Shown here piece by piece: positions 1-12,896 of a stretch of DNA of 64,000 nt. A model generated the notes under the pieces. That model was not told the origin of the DNA. It worked only from the letters and a program-made list of their open reading frames with translations, and made no database searches. Made by a program: the position numbers and the translations under genes. Source of the DNA: Octopus vulgaris (taxonomy: Eukaryota); assembly GCA_951406725.2 (NCBI GenBank), contig OX597838.1, positions 22,258,001-22,322,000 on the forward strand, read 5' to 3'. The stretch's first letter is position 1, and each line of letters begins with the position of its first letter.

Positions 1-7
1 ACATACA

Positions 8-43
<36 letters not shown>

Positions 44-187
44 TACATATTAATTTTGAAGAGTGAGAATAAGTGATCAACCCCGCATTGATGGATAATT
101 ACTCTTTATTTGTGGATTAACAAGGCGAACCAGTGTGAAGATCTCTTTACATGAAATCAATGGGTGCCTTGTAAACCCATAAATAAA

Positions 188-226
<39 letters not shown>

Positions 227-227
<1 letters not shown>

Positions 228-460
228 AGGGTTGGCCAAAGGTCACTCGACTGTAAATCAAAATTCCATAAGTACTATCTGTAATTCTGTATTGACTCAA
301 ATGGAAAAATGTGTCGCTCAAGAAGGACTTCAGTTTGAACAATTTTCATGATGTTTCATATTTAGATGCTTTTATTAAATTCATTCAGTTGTTAAACATA
401 AATAAATCTTGGAATTAAATATGGTTTTGATTTACTGTCAGGGGACTTTTGACCAAGCCT
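227..460 (+). mobile_element. Tc1/mariner-type MITE, copy 1
   Basis: Imperfect TIRs CAGGGTTGGCCAAAGGTCAC...GGGGACTTTTGACCAAGCCT next to a TA run; full-length inverted homolog at 16629-16867. Confidence 0.8.
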
Positions 461-641
461 CTTTTACTCTGTTACTCTTTTACTTGTTTCAGTCATTTGA
501 CTGTGGCCATGCTGGAGCACCACCTTTTTAGTCGAGCAAATCGACCCCAGAACTTATTCTTTGTAAGCCTAGTACTTCTTCTATCGGTGTCTTTTGCCGA
601 ACCGCTAAGTTACGGGGACAAACACAGCACACAAACATATG

Positions 642-705
<64 letters not shown>

Positions 706-812
706 AATATATACGACGGGCTTCTTTCAGTTTCCATCTACCAAATCCACTCACAAGGCTTTGGTCGGCCCGAGGCTATAGTAGAAGACACTTGCCCAAG
801 GTGCCACGCAGT
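461..812 (-). mobile_element. SINE family A, 5'-truncated
   Basis: Reverse complement of the family A body (ACCTTGGGCAAGTGTCTTCTACTATAGCC, internal TA/TG microsatellite, tail GGTGGTGCTCCAGCATGGCC...TGACTGAAAC). Confidence 0.9.
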
Positions 813-999
813 ATATCTTTTAGCTTTAATTCTTACTTGTTTCGGTCGAGTGACTGAAATGAGTAAAGAGGGCGCCACCTTAAAGAATTTTAGTCGAACG
901 AATCGACCTCAGTGATTTTTTTCAGCTCAGTACTTATTGAATCGGGTTGTTTTGCCGAACCGCTAAGTTACCGGGGAGTTAACATGCATCTGGCGCATG

Positions 1000-1390
1000 T
1001 GGGTAGTAAAGAAATAGAAATAAGTATTTCGTCTGTCTTTACATTTTGAGTTCAAAATCCGCCGTAGTCGACTTTGCCTCTCGTCTTTTCGTGGTTGATG
1101 AAATAGGTACCAGTTACACACAGGGGTTGATGTAATCTACTTATCCCCTCCCCAAAAATTTGAAGCCTTATGCCTATAGTAGAAATGATTGGCGGGCAGA
1201 ATCGTTAGGCGGCGGCATTTGGTCCATCTTTATGTTCTAAGTTCAAATTCCACCGAGGTCTACATTATCTTTTGTCCCTCCGGAGTTGATAAAGTAAGAA
1301 CCAGTTGGACACTGGGGGGGGGGTCGATGTAATAGACTTACCCCTACCCTAAAATTCCTGGAGTTCTGCCAAAATTTGAAACCATTATTA
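1000..1390 (+). mobile_element. SINE family B, two diverged tandem copies
   Basis: GAGTTCAAATTCCGCC-like B-box region followed by variants of the central domain GACTTTGCCTTTCATCCTTTCGGGGTCGATAAATTAAGTACCAG. Confidence 0.8.
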
Positions 1391-1496
1391 ACCATCAACC
1401 TTTGAAAACCACGTGTAGTAGCTAAAGTAGTTAACAAATAAGCTGTTTGGTTACCCAAATATTTAATCATGTATAATTTATTATAATCTAATATAA

Positions 1497-1897
1497 TCTT
1501 TATATATAAAAGTCAAGTTGTGTGTCTGTCTCCTACGATTTAGATTCCTAACTACTCCCACATTTTGCGGTGCAGTTTAACCAAAAGCGGGTATCTTATA
1601 GTCGGGATTCATATCGAGCCCTTCTGGGTATTAGCGCGCGTCTACGATGAGTCTACGATTTAAAAAAAAATTTAACATCATTTTTTTCCATTTTAATGCG
1701 TTTTTTTTTCGCTATTATATAAGGGAAGTAACTCTCTAAAAATGTCTACGATGAGTCAACGATTTAAAAAAAATTTACCATAATTTTTTTTCCATTTTTA
1801 ATGCATTTTTTTGCTATTTTTTTGGCTATAACTCTCTAAAAATGCTTATATAGTTATTTCCCTTACAAACCCGAGCAACGCCGGGCGATACTGCTAG
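1497..1897 (+). mobile_element. Non-autonomous Helitron, copy 1
   Basis: 5' TC (TCTTTATATATAAAAG), subterminal hairpin CCCGAGCAACGCCGGG, 3' CTAG, inserted between A and T with no TSD; internal ~104-bp tandem duplication (1640-1843). Confidence 0.9.
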
Positions 1898-2454
1898 TTT
1901 AATATAATTTTTGATGTCCAACAAACAGTAGTCTTTTATTCATTCCTTTTTCGGGGTCAAGGGCCGCAATTTTCACACATATATATGTGCTCTGTCAATT
2001 TGCTTTATCAGGCGCAAGAGAAATGAATATCAACCATCATGAACGACAATTTCATCAGCTGTACCTCTATTATTTAATAAATTACAACTACAGCTTTCTA
2101 CGGCTTCCGCTAGAATTTTATTGCCCATAACTTCTTCCCTTCACCTAACACAAAACTTTCACCAATTTATCGTGTCTTTGCCCTTTCGTATGTTTACCTC
2201 TTTCTCGTCATCATACCATTGCCATCATCATCATCATTGTTACCGTATCGGATAAAATGCTTAGCACATCTTCCAGTTTTTTGTGTTCCAGCTTCCAATA
2301 AGGCGGAGGCGCGACTGTGCCTTTCATCTTTTCGTCGTCTATCAAATAAGTACCAGTTAAAAACTGGTCTGTCGATGCAATCGACTAACCGCCACCCTCT
2401 ACACAAGAAAGAATTATTATTGTTCTTATTATTACTACCCCCCCCCCTGTTTAA

Positions 2455-2670
2455 GGCGGCGAGCTGGCAGAGTCGTTAGCACGCTGAACGAAATGCTTTG
2501 CGCTATTTAGCCAGTCGCTACGTTCTGCTTTCAAATTCCGCCGAAGTCGACTTTGCCTTTCATCATTTTGGAGTCGATAAATTAAGTACCAGTTGCGTAC
2601 TGGGGTCGATCTAATTAACTTCCTCCTTCCTTCTCTCCAAATTTCAGGCCTTGTGCCTCATGTAGAAAGG
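2455..2670 (+). mobile_element. SINE family B monomer, tail type ii
   Basis: tRNA-like head GGCGGCGAGCTGGCAGA..CGTTAGCAC, B-box TTCAAATTCC, central domain resembling the Meta-SINE domain, tail AAATTTCAGGCCTTGTGCC..GTAGAAAGG. Confidence 0.9.
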
Positions 2671-2675
2671 GTGAT

Positions 2676-3091
2676 TTATTTCTTTATTGCCCACAGGGGG
2701 CTAAATATAGAAGGAACAAACAAGGACAGATAAGGATTAAGCTGATTATATCGACCCCAGTGCGTAACTGGTACTAATTTAATCGACTCCGAAAGGATGA
2801 AAGGCAAAGTCAACCTCGGTGGAATTTGAACTCAGAATGTAACGGTAGACGAAATACATATTTCTTTACTACCCACAAGGGGCTAAACAGAGAGAGGCCA
2901 AACAAGGACAGACAAACGGATTAAGTCGATTACATCGACCCCAGTGCGTAACTGGTACTTATTTAATCGACCCCGAAAGGATGAAAGGTAAAGTCGACCT
3001 CGGCGGAATTTGAACTCAGAACGTAGCGGCAGATGAAATACCAATAAGCATTTCGCCCGGCATGCTAACGATTCTGCCAGCTCGCCACCCT
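2676..3091 (-). mobile_element. SINE family B with duplicated body and tail
   Basis: One head plus two copies of body and tail type i (GTTTGTCTGTCCTTGTTTG..TTTAGCCCCTTGTGGG..AAAGAAATA). Confidence 0.9.
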
Positions 3092-3234
3092 AAATTTTAG
3101 TAAGACTCCCTTAATGCAGATCCTAGGTGAGATTGAACCCAATCCAGGATGGTCAATGTGGTGGTTTTCTTTATGTCTCTACCCCCGAGACCACAAAGAT
3201 ACCCAACAGTAGAAAGGGTTATTATGAGTGCTTT

Positions 3235-3672
3235 GGCGGTGAGCTGGCAGAATCGTTAGCACGCCATGCAAAATACTTGGCGGTATTTCGTCTGCCGCTA
3301 CGTTCTGAGTTCAAATTCCGTCGGGATCGACTTTGCCTTTCATCCTTTCGGGGTCGATTAAATAAGTACCAGTTACGCACTGCAGTCGATAAATTAAGTA
3401 CCAGTTACACACCGGGGTCGATATAATCGACTTAATCCGTTTGTCTGTCCTTGTTTGTCCTCTCTGTGTTTAGCCCCTTGTGGGTAGTAAAGAAATAGGT
3501 ATTTCGCCTGTCTTTACGTTCTGAGTTCAAATTCCGCTGAGGTCGACTTTGCCTTTCATCCTTTCTGGATCGATAAATTAAGTACCAGTTGCGTACTGGG
3601 GTCGATCTAATCGACTGGCCACCTCCCCCAAAATTTCGGGCCTTGCGCCTGCGCCAAGAACAGAAAAGAATA
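3235..3672 (+). mobile_element. SINE family B dimer (tail i then tail ii)
   Basis: Head + body + tail i, re-entry at GGTATTTCG, second body + tail ii; another diverged copy follows at ~3690-3890. Confidence 0.9.
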
Positions 3673-4542
3673 TTGTCATCGTGAAGGCTATGAGCTGACA
3701 GAATCGTTAGCACAACGGGCCAAATACTTAGCGAAATTTCGTCCGTCTTTACTTTCGAAATTTCGCCGTCGTTGACATTGACTTTCATATTTTCATATCG
3801 GTAAGATAAATACGCGTTAAGCACGGGGTCGAAGGTAATTGGCTTATCCTCTCCCCTGAAATTACTGGCCTTGTATTCGAAATTTGAAGCCGTTAATCCG
3901 TTTTTATTTGTCTTAGTATTATCATCATTGTAGACCGTAATATTTTCTGAATTGATCACCACTTACATTTGTAATGTATTACATTGTGATTTATTACTTA
4001 TCAAAATCCCGCTTGTATCACTAAGATTAGTCTTACGGTTGCAGTTATTATGAAGAAAGCATGACATATGTGAAACTGTTTCCGCAAACGTGTATTATTG
4101 AATCGCTGGCGAATCTTACAAGATGCTGAGCAGATGAACAAACAACTATCAACGACCAGGATCAACCAGTTTAGTGAACGATCTACTGCCGTCATCTGTT
4201 GTCATGGTGTCTTCAGATGAGATATTTCAGCTAGCGAAAGACTTATGTGAATTAACCCAGGCCAGACAGCCGTGTCTCATCGTTCTACGTGTTGTGAAGA
4301 TTCGACATTCTCAACGCTACGGTTTGTTTTACGAGGTTCACTTCAACGACATTAACACTTCGTGGCAAGTTTACTTGACGTCAGGCGCTTGATGTTAATT
4401 TTCTGACCAACTTATTGGGGGTTACCATACGTTGGTCAACCTAATTAGTAATTTTTGTTTTTGTTTTTCTTTTTAATTGAAATGATGTAATTTGTGCCCC
4501 TGTGAAAAATAAATATCGTGTTTTTTGCGTCCGACAAATTTA

Positions 4543-5510
4543 AGGCAGCGAGCTGGCAGAAACGTTAGCACGCCGGGCGAAATGCTTAACGGTATTTCGT
4601 CTGCCGCTACGTTCTGAGTTCGAATTCCGCCGGGGTCGATTAAATAAGTACCAGTAACGTACTGTGGTCGATGTAATCGACTTAATACCTTTGTCTGTCC
4701 TTGTTTGTCCCCTCTGTGTGTAGCCCCTTGTGGGAAATAAAGAAATCGTTACCGCGTCGGACGAAATGCTTAGCGGCATTTCTTCCGATTTTACATTCTG
4801 TGTTCAAATACCACCGGAGTCTACTTGCCCTTTCATCCTTTCGGGAACGATAAAATATGTACCAGCTGAGCACTGGACTCGATGTAATCGACTTACTTCC
4901 TCTCCTGAAATTGCTGGCCTTGTGCCAAAATTTGAAACCAAAATGTTCCAGCAGATTCTCCTTTACGACTGTTAAGTGTTCAAAACCCACGTGCTGTTTC
5001 CGTTGCAAAAATCCGATATAGCAATCATTTCTCTTATAAGAATGAGCCCGGAAATTTTGGCGGGAAAGGGCCAGTCGGTTACATCCTCCTCAGTGCTCGA
5101 GTGGTACTTATTTTATCGACCCGCGACAAAAAGATGAAAAATCAAGCTCGACTGAATTTGAACTCAGATCGTTTATGTCCGGTGTGCTCGACCCCTTTAA
5201 TAAAGCTTTAATAATAACTTCAGGTTTTGGCACAAGGCCAGTAATTTCGAGGTGGGGTGGGTTAAATCGATTACATAGACCCCAGTGCTAAACTGGTACT
5301 TAATTAATCGACCCTAAAAGAATGCATGGTAGAGTCGACCTCGGTGGAATTCGAACTCAGAACGTAAAGATGGACGAAATGCCGCTAAGCATTTCGTCCG
5401 GCATTCTAACGATTCTGCCGGTTTGATAATAATAACGAGAATCCTTTCTACTATAAGCACAAGGCCTGAAATTTAGAAGGGATGGGCTAGTCTGTTACAT
5501 CTACCCCCCT
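4543..5510. mobile_element. Cluster of SINE family B copies
   Basis: Plus-strand copies at 4543-4745 and 4741-4940; minus-strand copies or fragments at ~5030-5200, 5222-5420 and 5440-5510. Confidence 0.85.
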
Positions 5511-5529
5511 CCCCCCCGAGTACATTAAT

Positions 5530-5828
5530 TACTTTTTCTTTGTCCCTTCTCGAGCCACGCCTGGCTCATAAGGGCCGGTTTCTCGGTTTCCTTGGCGTAT
5601 AGGTTCCCCACCTGGACGGGAAGCCGGTCCGTCGCAGGTGACCTGCAAGATGCAGGAGGAAAGAGTGAGAGAAATTTCTGGCGAAAGAGTCAGCAGAAGT
5701 TCGCCACTACCTTTTGCCGGAGCCGCGTGGAGCTTAGGTGTTTCACTCATAAACACACATATCGCCCGATCTGAGATTCGAACCCGCGATCCCTCGACCG
5801 CTAGTCTGCTGCTCTAACCTCTAGGCAA
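5530..5828 (-). mobile_element. SINE family C
   Basis: Reverse complement of 18864-19163: tRNA-like head (GGTTAGAGCAGCAGAC..GGGTTCGAATCTC), CTCTTTCGCCA central block, tail GGCTCGAGAAGG. Confidence 0.85.
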
Positions 5829-5923
5829 TGAAATTTCAATTCAGAACGTAAAGACGGACGAAATGCCGTAAAGCATTTTTTCCGGCTTGCTAATGACTCT
5901 GTCAACATGCCTCCTTAAATAAA

Positions 5924-6437
5924 TCTATATATATAAAACTGTAGTTGTGTGAGTGTCTGTCCCCTTCGATTTAGATTCCTAACTCCTCCCACATTTTGCG
6001 GTGCAGTTTAACCAAATTCGGGTATCTTATAGTCGTGATTCATATCGAGCCCGTCTGGCTATTAGCGCGCGTCTACGATGAGTCTACGATTTAAAAAATA
6101 ATTTAACATCATTTTTTTATTCCATTTTAATGCATAATTTTTCGTGTGTCGATGGCGGCGGAGTTGGCGTCCATGGTCACACCTGCACCTGTTTGCTTCT
6201 CCCCCTTCTTCCCTCCCTCGTGAAGCTGTGGGGAAGGGAGTGTAAGGAAATCAACGTCGTAAAGCGTTGTCAAGGAGACCAGCGTTCTTTTAGAACAACG
6301 ACTTCATGGCTTGAAGACACCAAAACAGAAATGGCTAAGAAAGCCCTAATTGGCATCTATAAGGGAAGTAACTCTCTAAAAATGCTTATATAGTTATTTC
6401 CCTTACAAACCCGAGCAACGCCGGGCGATACTGCTAG
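5924..6437 (+). mobile_element. Non-autonomous Helitron, copy 2, with extra internal segment
   Basis: A|TCTATATATATAAAA ... CCCGAGCAACGCCGGG-CGATACTG-CTAG|T; termini nearly identical to 1497-1897. Confidence 0.9.
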
Positions 6438-6817
6438 TCTTTAATAATAATCAATTTACAACTGACATTTGGATCACTAAAGCAGCATCTTCATCGTCAG
6501 CAGTCGCAGTAAGGAAGCAGATATTAATGGCGTGTGTAAATCTAAAGTCTGGAGAGGAAACAACAGCGAAAATAAATCAAAAAGATGGCCAGCAATTATT
6601 AATGTCACGTTTCATGCAAAGAAATGAGGATTCTGACTTCCATTCCTTTTAGTTCTATTCCATAATGAGCATCAGACGTTAACAAAAATTTAGGTGTGGG
6701 CGTACACATGGCTGCGCGATTAACCTGCTCGCTTTGTGACTACGTGGTTCCGAGTTCAGCTCCGCTACGCGGCTCTTTGGGAAGAGTATGCTTTAATATA
6801 ACCCCGGGCCCTAATGC

Positions 6818-6894
<77 letters not shown>

Positions 6895-6995
6895 TAATCC
6901 AAACAAGAAAACACAGAAAAAAAGAAAAAAACACAGCAACGCAGGACGTGGAACAATTAAAGTATTATTGACGCTCAGGAAAGAAGGGAAGGAGG

Positions 6996-7030
6996 GTTTA
7001 ACGTTTCGAGCGGAGCTCTTCGTCGGAAAC
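6996..7030 (-). ncRNA. Minimal type-I hammerhead-like motif (family H1)
   Basis: Minus strand reads gttt-CCGACGA-A-GAGC-tcc-GCTC-GAAAC-GTT-aaac: stems I and II intact, one core substitution; lies in a ~220-bp element (6890-7110) abutting (TA)n. Confidence 0.7.
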
Positions 7031-7321
7031 AAGGAGAAGGAAAGATCCCAAGGAGGGAAGACAGAGGAGAAAATATTTGAGCTGGTGGTGCTTAAGAGAT
7101 CACATGTATACATAGTCATTACAGATATAGGGTAAAATCTAATTAATTTAATAAAATCAACAAATTTCACCTAGTAGTATTTCGGTATGGAAAAGGAGCA
7201 TATTCGGTAAAAACTTATATAATTATAATAAGGGTTTTTTGCAACAAGTTGTTTAACCACATACCGAAAGTTCTAAAATTTTCGGTATGTGGTTAAGCAA
7301 CTTATTGCAAAAAATCCTTAT

Positions 7322-7352
<31 letters not shown>

Positions 7353-8499
7353 CGATAGGATTCCGCGCAGTTCCGTGTATATATATATATAATTCAAAGA
7401 GGGTTAGAGGTTGTGAATCCAACCAACTAAGGGATAGCATCTATCCAATATACTGCTTGTGGAATACCCAGTTATCAATACACAAGTGTTGGTTATTGCG
7501 TGGCAATTATACTACTGAGTATAATAATTAGGCGAGGGTAATAAGTGGCTTTACCCTTAATTTGTATGGCAAGAAGAAAATGGAGGGAATCCAGAGGTAG
7601 TATTCATCAGCTGTTAGATATTATATTATGTCTATTTATTTATTTAAACCAGTTCTCATAATATATATACACATGTGTAAAGTACCAGTAATTTCTATAA
7701 AAGAGAAAGAAGAGTAGTTTCTTACAGCTGTTTCTGACAAGAGGCCATAGTACCTCACGTGTTATTTCCATCTTTTCAGTGTATTGTAGTAATCTGTAGA
7801 TAAAATCAGGGTAGTTTGGTGTGCCACTAGGCTTCGTCAAGCAAAGCCTAGGGGCACACCCAAGTACAAAACTTGAAATTTGGGGGGCGAAATGCTCAGC
7901 GGTATTTCGTTGGTAATTTATTTCAAATTCCACCGAGGTTGACTTTGCTTTTCATCCTTTCGAGGTCGATAAATTAAGTACCAGTTGCGTACTGGTGTCG
8001 ATCCTCTCGACTGGCCCCCTCTCCAAAGATTTCGAGCCTTGTGCCTAGTGTAGAGAAGAATATTATACGTTCTTAGTTCAAATTCCGCCGAGCTCGACTG
8101 TGCCTTTCATCCTTTCGGAATCGATAAGTACCAGTTGCGTAATGGGGTCGATTTAATCGACTTACCCCTTCGCACGAAAATGCTAGCCTTGTGCTAATAT
8201 TTGAAATCACCATTGTAGGAACGCTTGAGATTGAAGTGAATGCAGCAAGCTGCGAAAAACAAATTAAACGTTGTCTTTTATGCTCGCATAGTTTCGCATC
8301 AATCTTAGGTCAAGCAAAACGCTAATATTCCGAATGTAGCTAATATCGGCAATGTACAAAATCATAGAATTAAGATTTTGCAATAAACTGAAGAACGGCA
8401 ATACATTTATATTCCAAACTGATTCTATGCATGGATGTAAGTATGTAGGTTGCTCTCCATTTATGAGCAAATAAATTTGAACAAGAATGTGTGCATATA

Positions 8500-8674
8500 G
8501 GCGTAGGAGTGGCTGTGTGGTAAGTAGCTTGTTTACCAACCACATGGTGCCGGGTTTAGTTCCACTGCGTGGCGCCTTGGCCAAGTGTGTTCTACTATAG
8601 CCTCGGGCCGACCAAAGCCTTGTGAGTGGATTTGATAGACGGAAAGTGAAAGAAGCCCGTCGTATATATGTATA

Positions 8675-8736
<62 letters not shown>

Positions 8737-8932
8737 AGTGTGTGTCTGTGTTTGTCCTCCCAGCATCGCTTGACAACCGATGCTGGTATGTTTGGCTCCC
8801 CGTAACTTATCGGTTGGGCAAAATATATCGATAGAATAAGTACTGGGCTTACAAAGAATAAATCCTGGGGTCGATTTGCTCGACTAAAGGCGGTGCTCCA
8901 GCATGGCCGCAGTCAAATGACTGAAGCAAGAA
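8500..8932 (+). mobile_element. SINE family A, full length
   Basis: Head GGCGTAGGAGTGGCTGTGTGGTAAG (A-box), GGGTTTAGTTCC (B-box-like), CORE-like CCTTGG(G/C)CAAGTG, internal microsatellite, CR1-like tail; an inverted head fragment follows at 8977-9135. Confidence 0.92.
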
Positions 8933-9147
8933 CAGACACACTTACATATATATATATATATATATATACAAATATATACGACGAGCTTCTTTCGGTTTCC
9001 GTCTACCAAATCCATTCACAAGGCGTTGGTCTCCTATAGTAGAAGACACTTGCTCAAAGTGCCACGCAGTGGGACTGAACCCGGATACCATGTGGCTGGT
9101 AAGCAAACACTTACCACACAGCCTCTCCTACGCCTATATGTATATGA

Positions 9148-9187
<40 letters not shown>

Positions 9188-9315
9188 TGCTTAACAAGTG
9201 AGGATGCAAATATATATTGTATGCAGATGTTAGCTACATACAATAGAGTAACCTGAGTCCGCTCGAACGTTCTCGGTGGGGGGGCACGTAAATTCAGCGT
9301 TAGGCATTTTGCTTG

Positions 9316-9359
<44 letters not shown>

Positions 9360-9657
9360 CATTATTATTTCTGCATTTTGTTTTACTAAAGATGGACGGG
9401 TTTTTTTCTTGTTTCAAGATTGCAATAAGAAATATCAGCTTCATTGGTTATCGCTATAGCTGTGTTTCCTGTAATGGCTCATGTGTTTCAATGAAAAATT
9501 CCATCCATGCTTGTGTAGACAACTCGCGTTTAGCGATGGAAGGAAATACTGGTTGCGTAAACTATATACATCACGCGCGCGCGTGTGAGTCAGTGAGTGA
9601 GTGAACGTGTGCGTGTGTGTATGTATACAGACACATATATAAGCGTGTATATATATA

Positions 9658-10530
9658 CACAAACATGACAGAAGTAAACAGACACCCCATGAAACAACGT
9701 TTTCTGTTTATTCTAATTTCTATAAGGCTTATATATTTGTTGTGAAAGATTTTTTATGTGAAATCGTGTGTTGAAACGGACGTTGTTGTATTTCGGAATG
9801 GTCATTTTGCCAGTTTAGCCAATAAAAACACACGCACTATATATTTGGTGTTACTTTGCTTCAGTGTTATTTATTTTTTACATTAATCTTAATCTTATTT
9901 CGGTCAGAGTTCTTTCGTCACACTCCTGTGACCGCATCAGTGGTCCTTTGCTTTACAATAGAAATACAAAATGGCCGACGGTTAGTAAGGAGAGACACAC
10001 AAATAAGAAAGAAGAAAGCAAAGGACCACTGATGCGGTCACAGGAGTGTGACGAAAGAACACTGGCCGAAATAAGATTAAGATTAATGTAAAAAATAAAT
10101 AACACTGAAGCAAAGTAACACCAAATATATAGTGCGTGTGTTTTTATTGGCAAAACTGGCAAAATGGCCATTCCGAAATACAACAATATAAGGCTTATAT
10201 TTTTTATTAATTAACATTTTTACGTTTCAGGTTCTATATGTGGCCGTTTAATCCTGCCATATACAATAGAAGCCTTGGGACTGTCTGAATTTCAAAGAGG
10301 CCGTATTCATTCTGAGGGTGGACATAGTCAGTATAAAATCGCAGAAGACCTTGGGGACCTCGCTTTCTACAGTTAATAGAGTGATTGTGCAATTCACCAG
10401 AGAGGGGAAGGAATCAACATCACCTCGCCCAGATCAACCAGGGCCCTCTAGCAGGATCCTTCTCTTTGCTAAGGGAAGTGTGGAGGGTAGTACTCGTTGC
10501 AAGGCCTCTGACATAGCAGAACAAGTTAAT
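9658..10530 (+). pseudogene. Tc1-like transposon 5' fragment with decayed transposase N-terminus
   Basis: TA|CACAAACATGACAGAAGTAAACAGACACCC TIR-like start; frameshifted [54 protein letters not shown] resembles the Tc1 paired-like HTH and GRPR region; interrupted at 9735-10186. Confidence 0.8.
9735..10186. mobile_element. Fold-back element with hammerhead-like motif in both arms (family H2)
   Basis: 172-bp inverted arms at 9783-9954 and 10015-10186, 60-bp spacer, 14-bp TSD TATAAGGCTTATAT at 9721-9734 and 10187-10200. Confidence 0.88.
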
Positions 10531-10700
10531 GTCGAGAGCCCCAGATGAACCTACCTCATGGCAAGAGGTGCAAATGAGGGTAGGGACATCGAACTCCTTT
10601 GTTCACCAAATGACACATATTAGGGGACGCTCTCAGTAATAACGGTGTAGTAAAACGGCGGTGCCCCAGCACGACCACAGCTTTGCGCTGAAACTAACAG
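10530..10700 (+). mobile_element. CR1-like LINE 3' end (family L1)
   Basis: Homologous to 19613-19826; encodes [16 protein letters not shown]; ends GGCGGTGCCCCAGCACGACCACAGCTTTGCGCTGAAAC. Confidence 0.75.
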
Positions 10701-10744
10701 TATAAGTAAATAATTATATAAATAAATAAATAAATAAATAAATA

Positions 10745-10776
<32 letters not shown>

Positions 10777-10844
10777 CAGTATATATGCGCGCGTGTGTGG
10801 GAGTGTCTATGCTATCGTGCAGATGTGTATTTATGCACACGTGT

Positions 10845-10892
<48 letters not shown>

Positions 10893-10926
10893 TTATTTAT
10901 ATATTTATATACATATATATATATAA

Positions 10927-11024
<98 letters not shown>

Positions 11025-11037
11025 TTATATATTTATT

Positions 11038-11415
11038 AGCTTCCAGGTTCATCCAAGAGTGGGACCTCGGGCCATACGTCCCCTAGCCAATTCATGATCA
11101 CAGCATACTTGTACACTGCAACATAATTTCTTTTCCTCAACAGGCCCTGCCCTATTTAACATTGTCCCGAAAGAGATCAAAGAGGAAAAGGATCCCATCA
11201 ACTTTAAACGGAGTCTGGATAGATTCCTTCAAAGAATACCAGATAAGCCACCCATAATTGGATACAACTCACCCAACAAGAACTCACTACTTGAATGGAC
11301 CATAAACAAAACTTGACTTAAACAGGATTCGAATAATCCTATCAGGTGGTGCTACTAAGTTAGACATGGCCTGGACCAATCATTGGTCGAAACACATCTA
11401 AGTTTATCTAAGTTT
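11038..11415 (+). mobile_element. CR1-like LINE 3' end (family L2) within (TA)n
   Basis: Encodes HNFFSSTGPALFNIVPKEIKEEKDPINFKRSLDRFLQRIPDKPPIIGY...NSLLEW*, typical of a CR1-clade ORF2 C-terminus; 3' hairpin and (TCTAAGTTTA)2 tail. Confidence 0.85.
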
Positions 11416-11421
11416 ATATAA

Positions 11422-11491
<70 letters not shown>

Positions 11492-12146
11492 TCATATATA
11501 TATATATACATATATATATTTATGTATATATATATATATATATATATATACCTATATATGTGCTTATGTTTGCATACATATATATTACATACACACAATG
11601 TATATTAATACACACACACACACACACACACACATATAAATATCCACACACACACGTCTGTGTGTGCGTGTGTGTATGCATGTGTGTGTGTATGCATGTA
11701 TGTGTGTGAGTATATGTGTGTAAAACAGTCAAGTGTCTGTTTGGGTAGTGGTGTTCCTATTGATTTTCTTTGGTAGGATTTTTTTTTTCTCTCTCTCTCT
11801 CTCTTCCCCTTTCCTAACGACGTCTCACAGATGACTGCTTAATACATTTGCAATTCCCGAACGAAGCCATGCAGAACGTAATAATAATTGTTTACTTGAT
11901 AAATTAGAATATAAAATCACAAATAAATAAATGTTTATCTATGCATGAGTAAGTATGTAGGTACTACATACCTACACACACGTAACACACACACACACAA
12001 TACAATACATACATGTATATTCATGGACAAATACATATATATATGTATATATATATAGAGAGAGAGAGAGACATGCATGTATGTATGTATATTATGCATA
12101 CATGCATTTACATGTATATAGTGTGATAATTGTGTTTTTCATTGCG

Positions 12147-12184
<38 letters not shown>

Positions 12185-12334
12185 CAGTATATGTTTCTCT
12201 GTACTTTTTATATGTAATTATATTTGTATGTATGTATGTATGTATGTATATATATATATTAATATATATATATATATATATTCACATAAATATATATGCA
12301 TATATATATATATATATACTCATATAGATATATA

Positions 12335-12388
<54 letters not shown>

Positions 12389-12439
12389 TATACATATACT
12401 CATATAGATATACACACATATATGCATATCTTTACGTGT

Positions 12440-12473
<34 letters not shown>

Positions 12474-12896
12474 GTACTTATCTCTACATATACATGTACA
12501 CATATATACACATGTGTACATGTATATACATAGATACACACACACACATATATATATACATGCATATATACACACACATATGTGTGTGTATGTGTATATG
12601 TGTGTGTGTGTGTGTGTTTGTGTAGAAGCAGATATCACACTAAGCTTCTCATAAATCAGAGAAAAGCCGTTATTTATTTTATAGATGTCTTTAAAATCTT
12701 TCATGAGTAAATACCAAACGAATAACAAATCTTTGGAAATATATCTTTGTAGGCAGATGCTGGTCAATATTTACTTCTTGTAACATTTCAAATAAAACTT
12801 ATTTTCCTCCTAGATGTCTCTAATGCTGTCTAATTCATGATATCCCTCCAATGTCGCAGTTGCGAAATCCATAAGCAGTATACTTCAAATTAGAAG

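Noticed and set aside
3432-3962. 176-aa ORF and other recurrent peptides such as [23 protein letters not shown] and WYLFNRPR
   Set aside because: Antisense or off-frame readings of SINE A and SINE B, not genes.
4000-4400. Unique stretch with a 72-aa ORF
   Set aside because: No recognisable motif or consistent splice signals; cannot be assigned.
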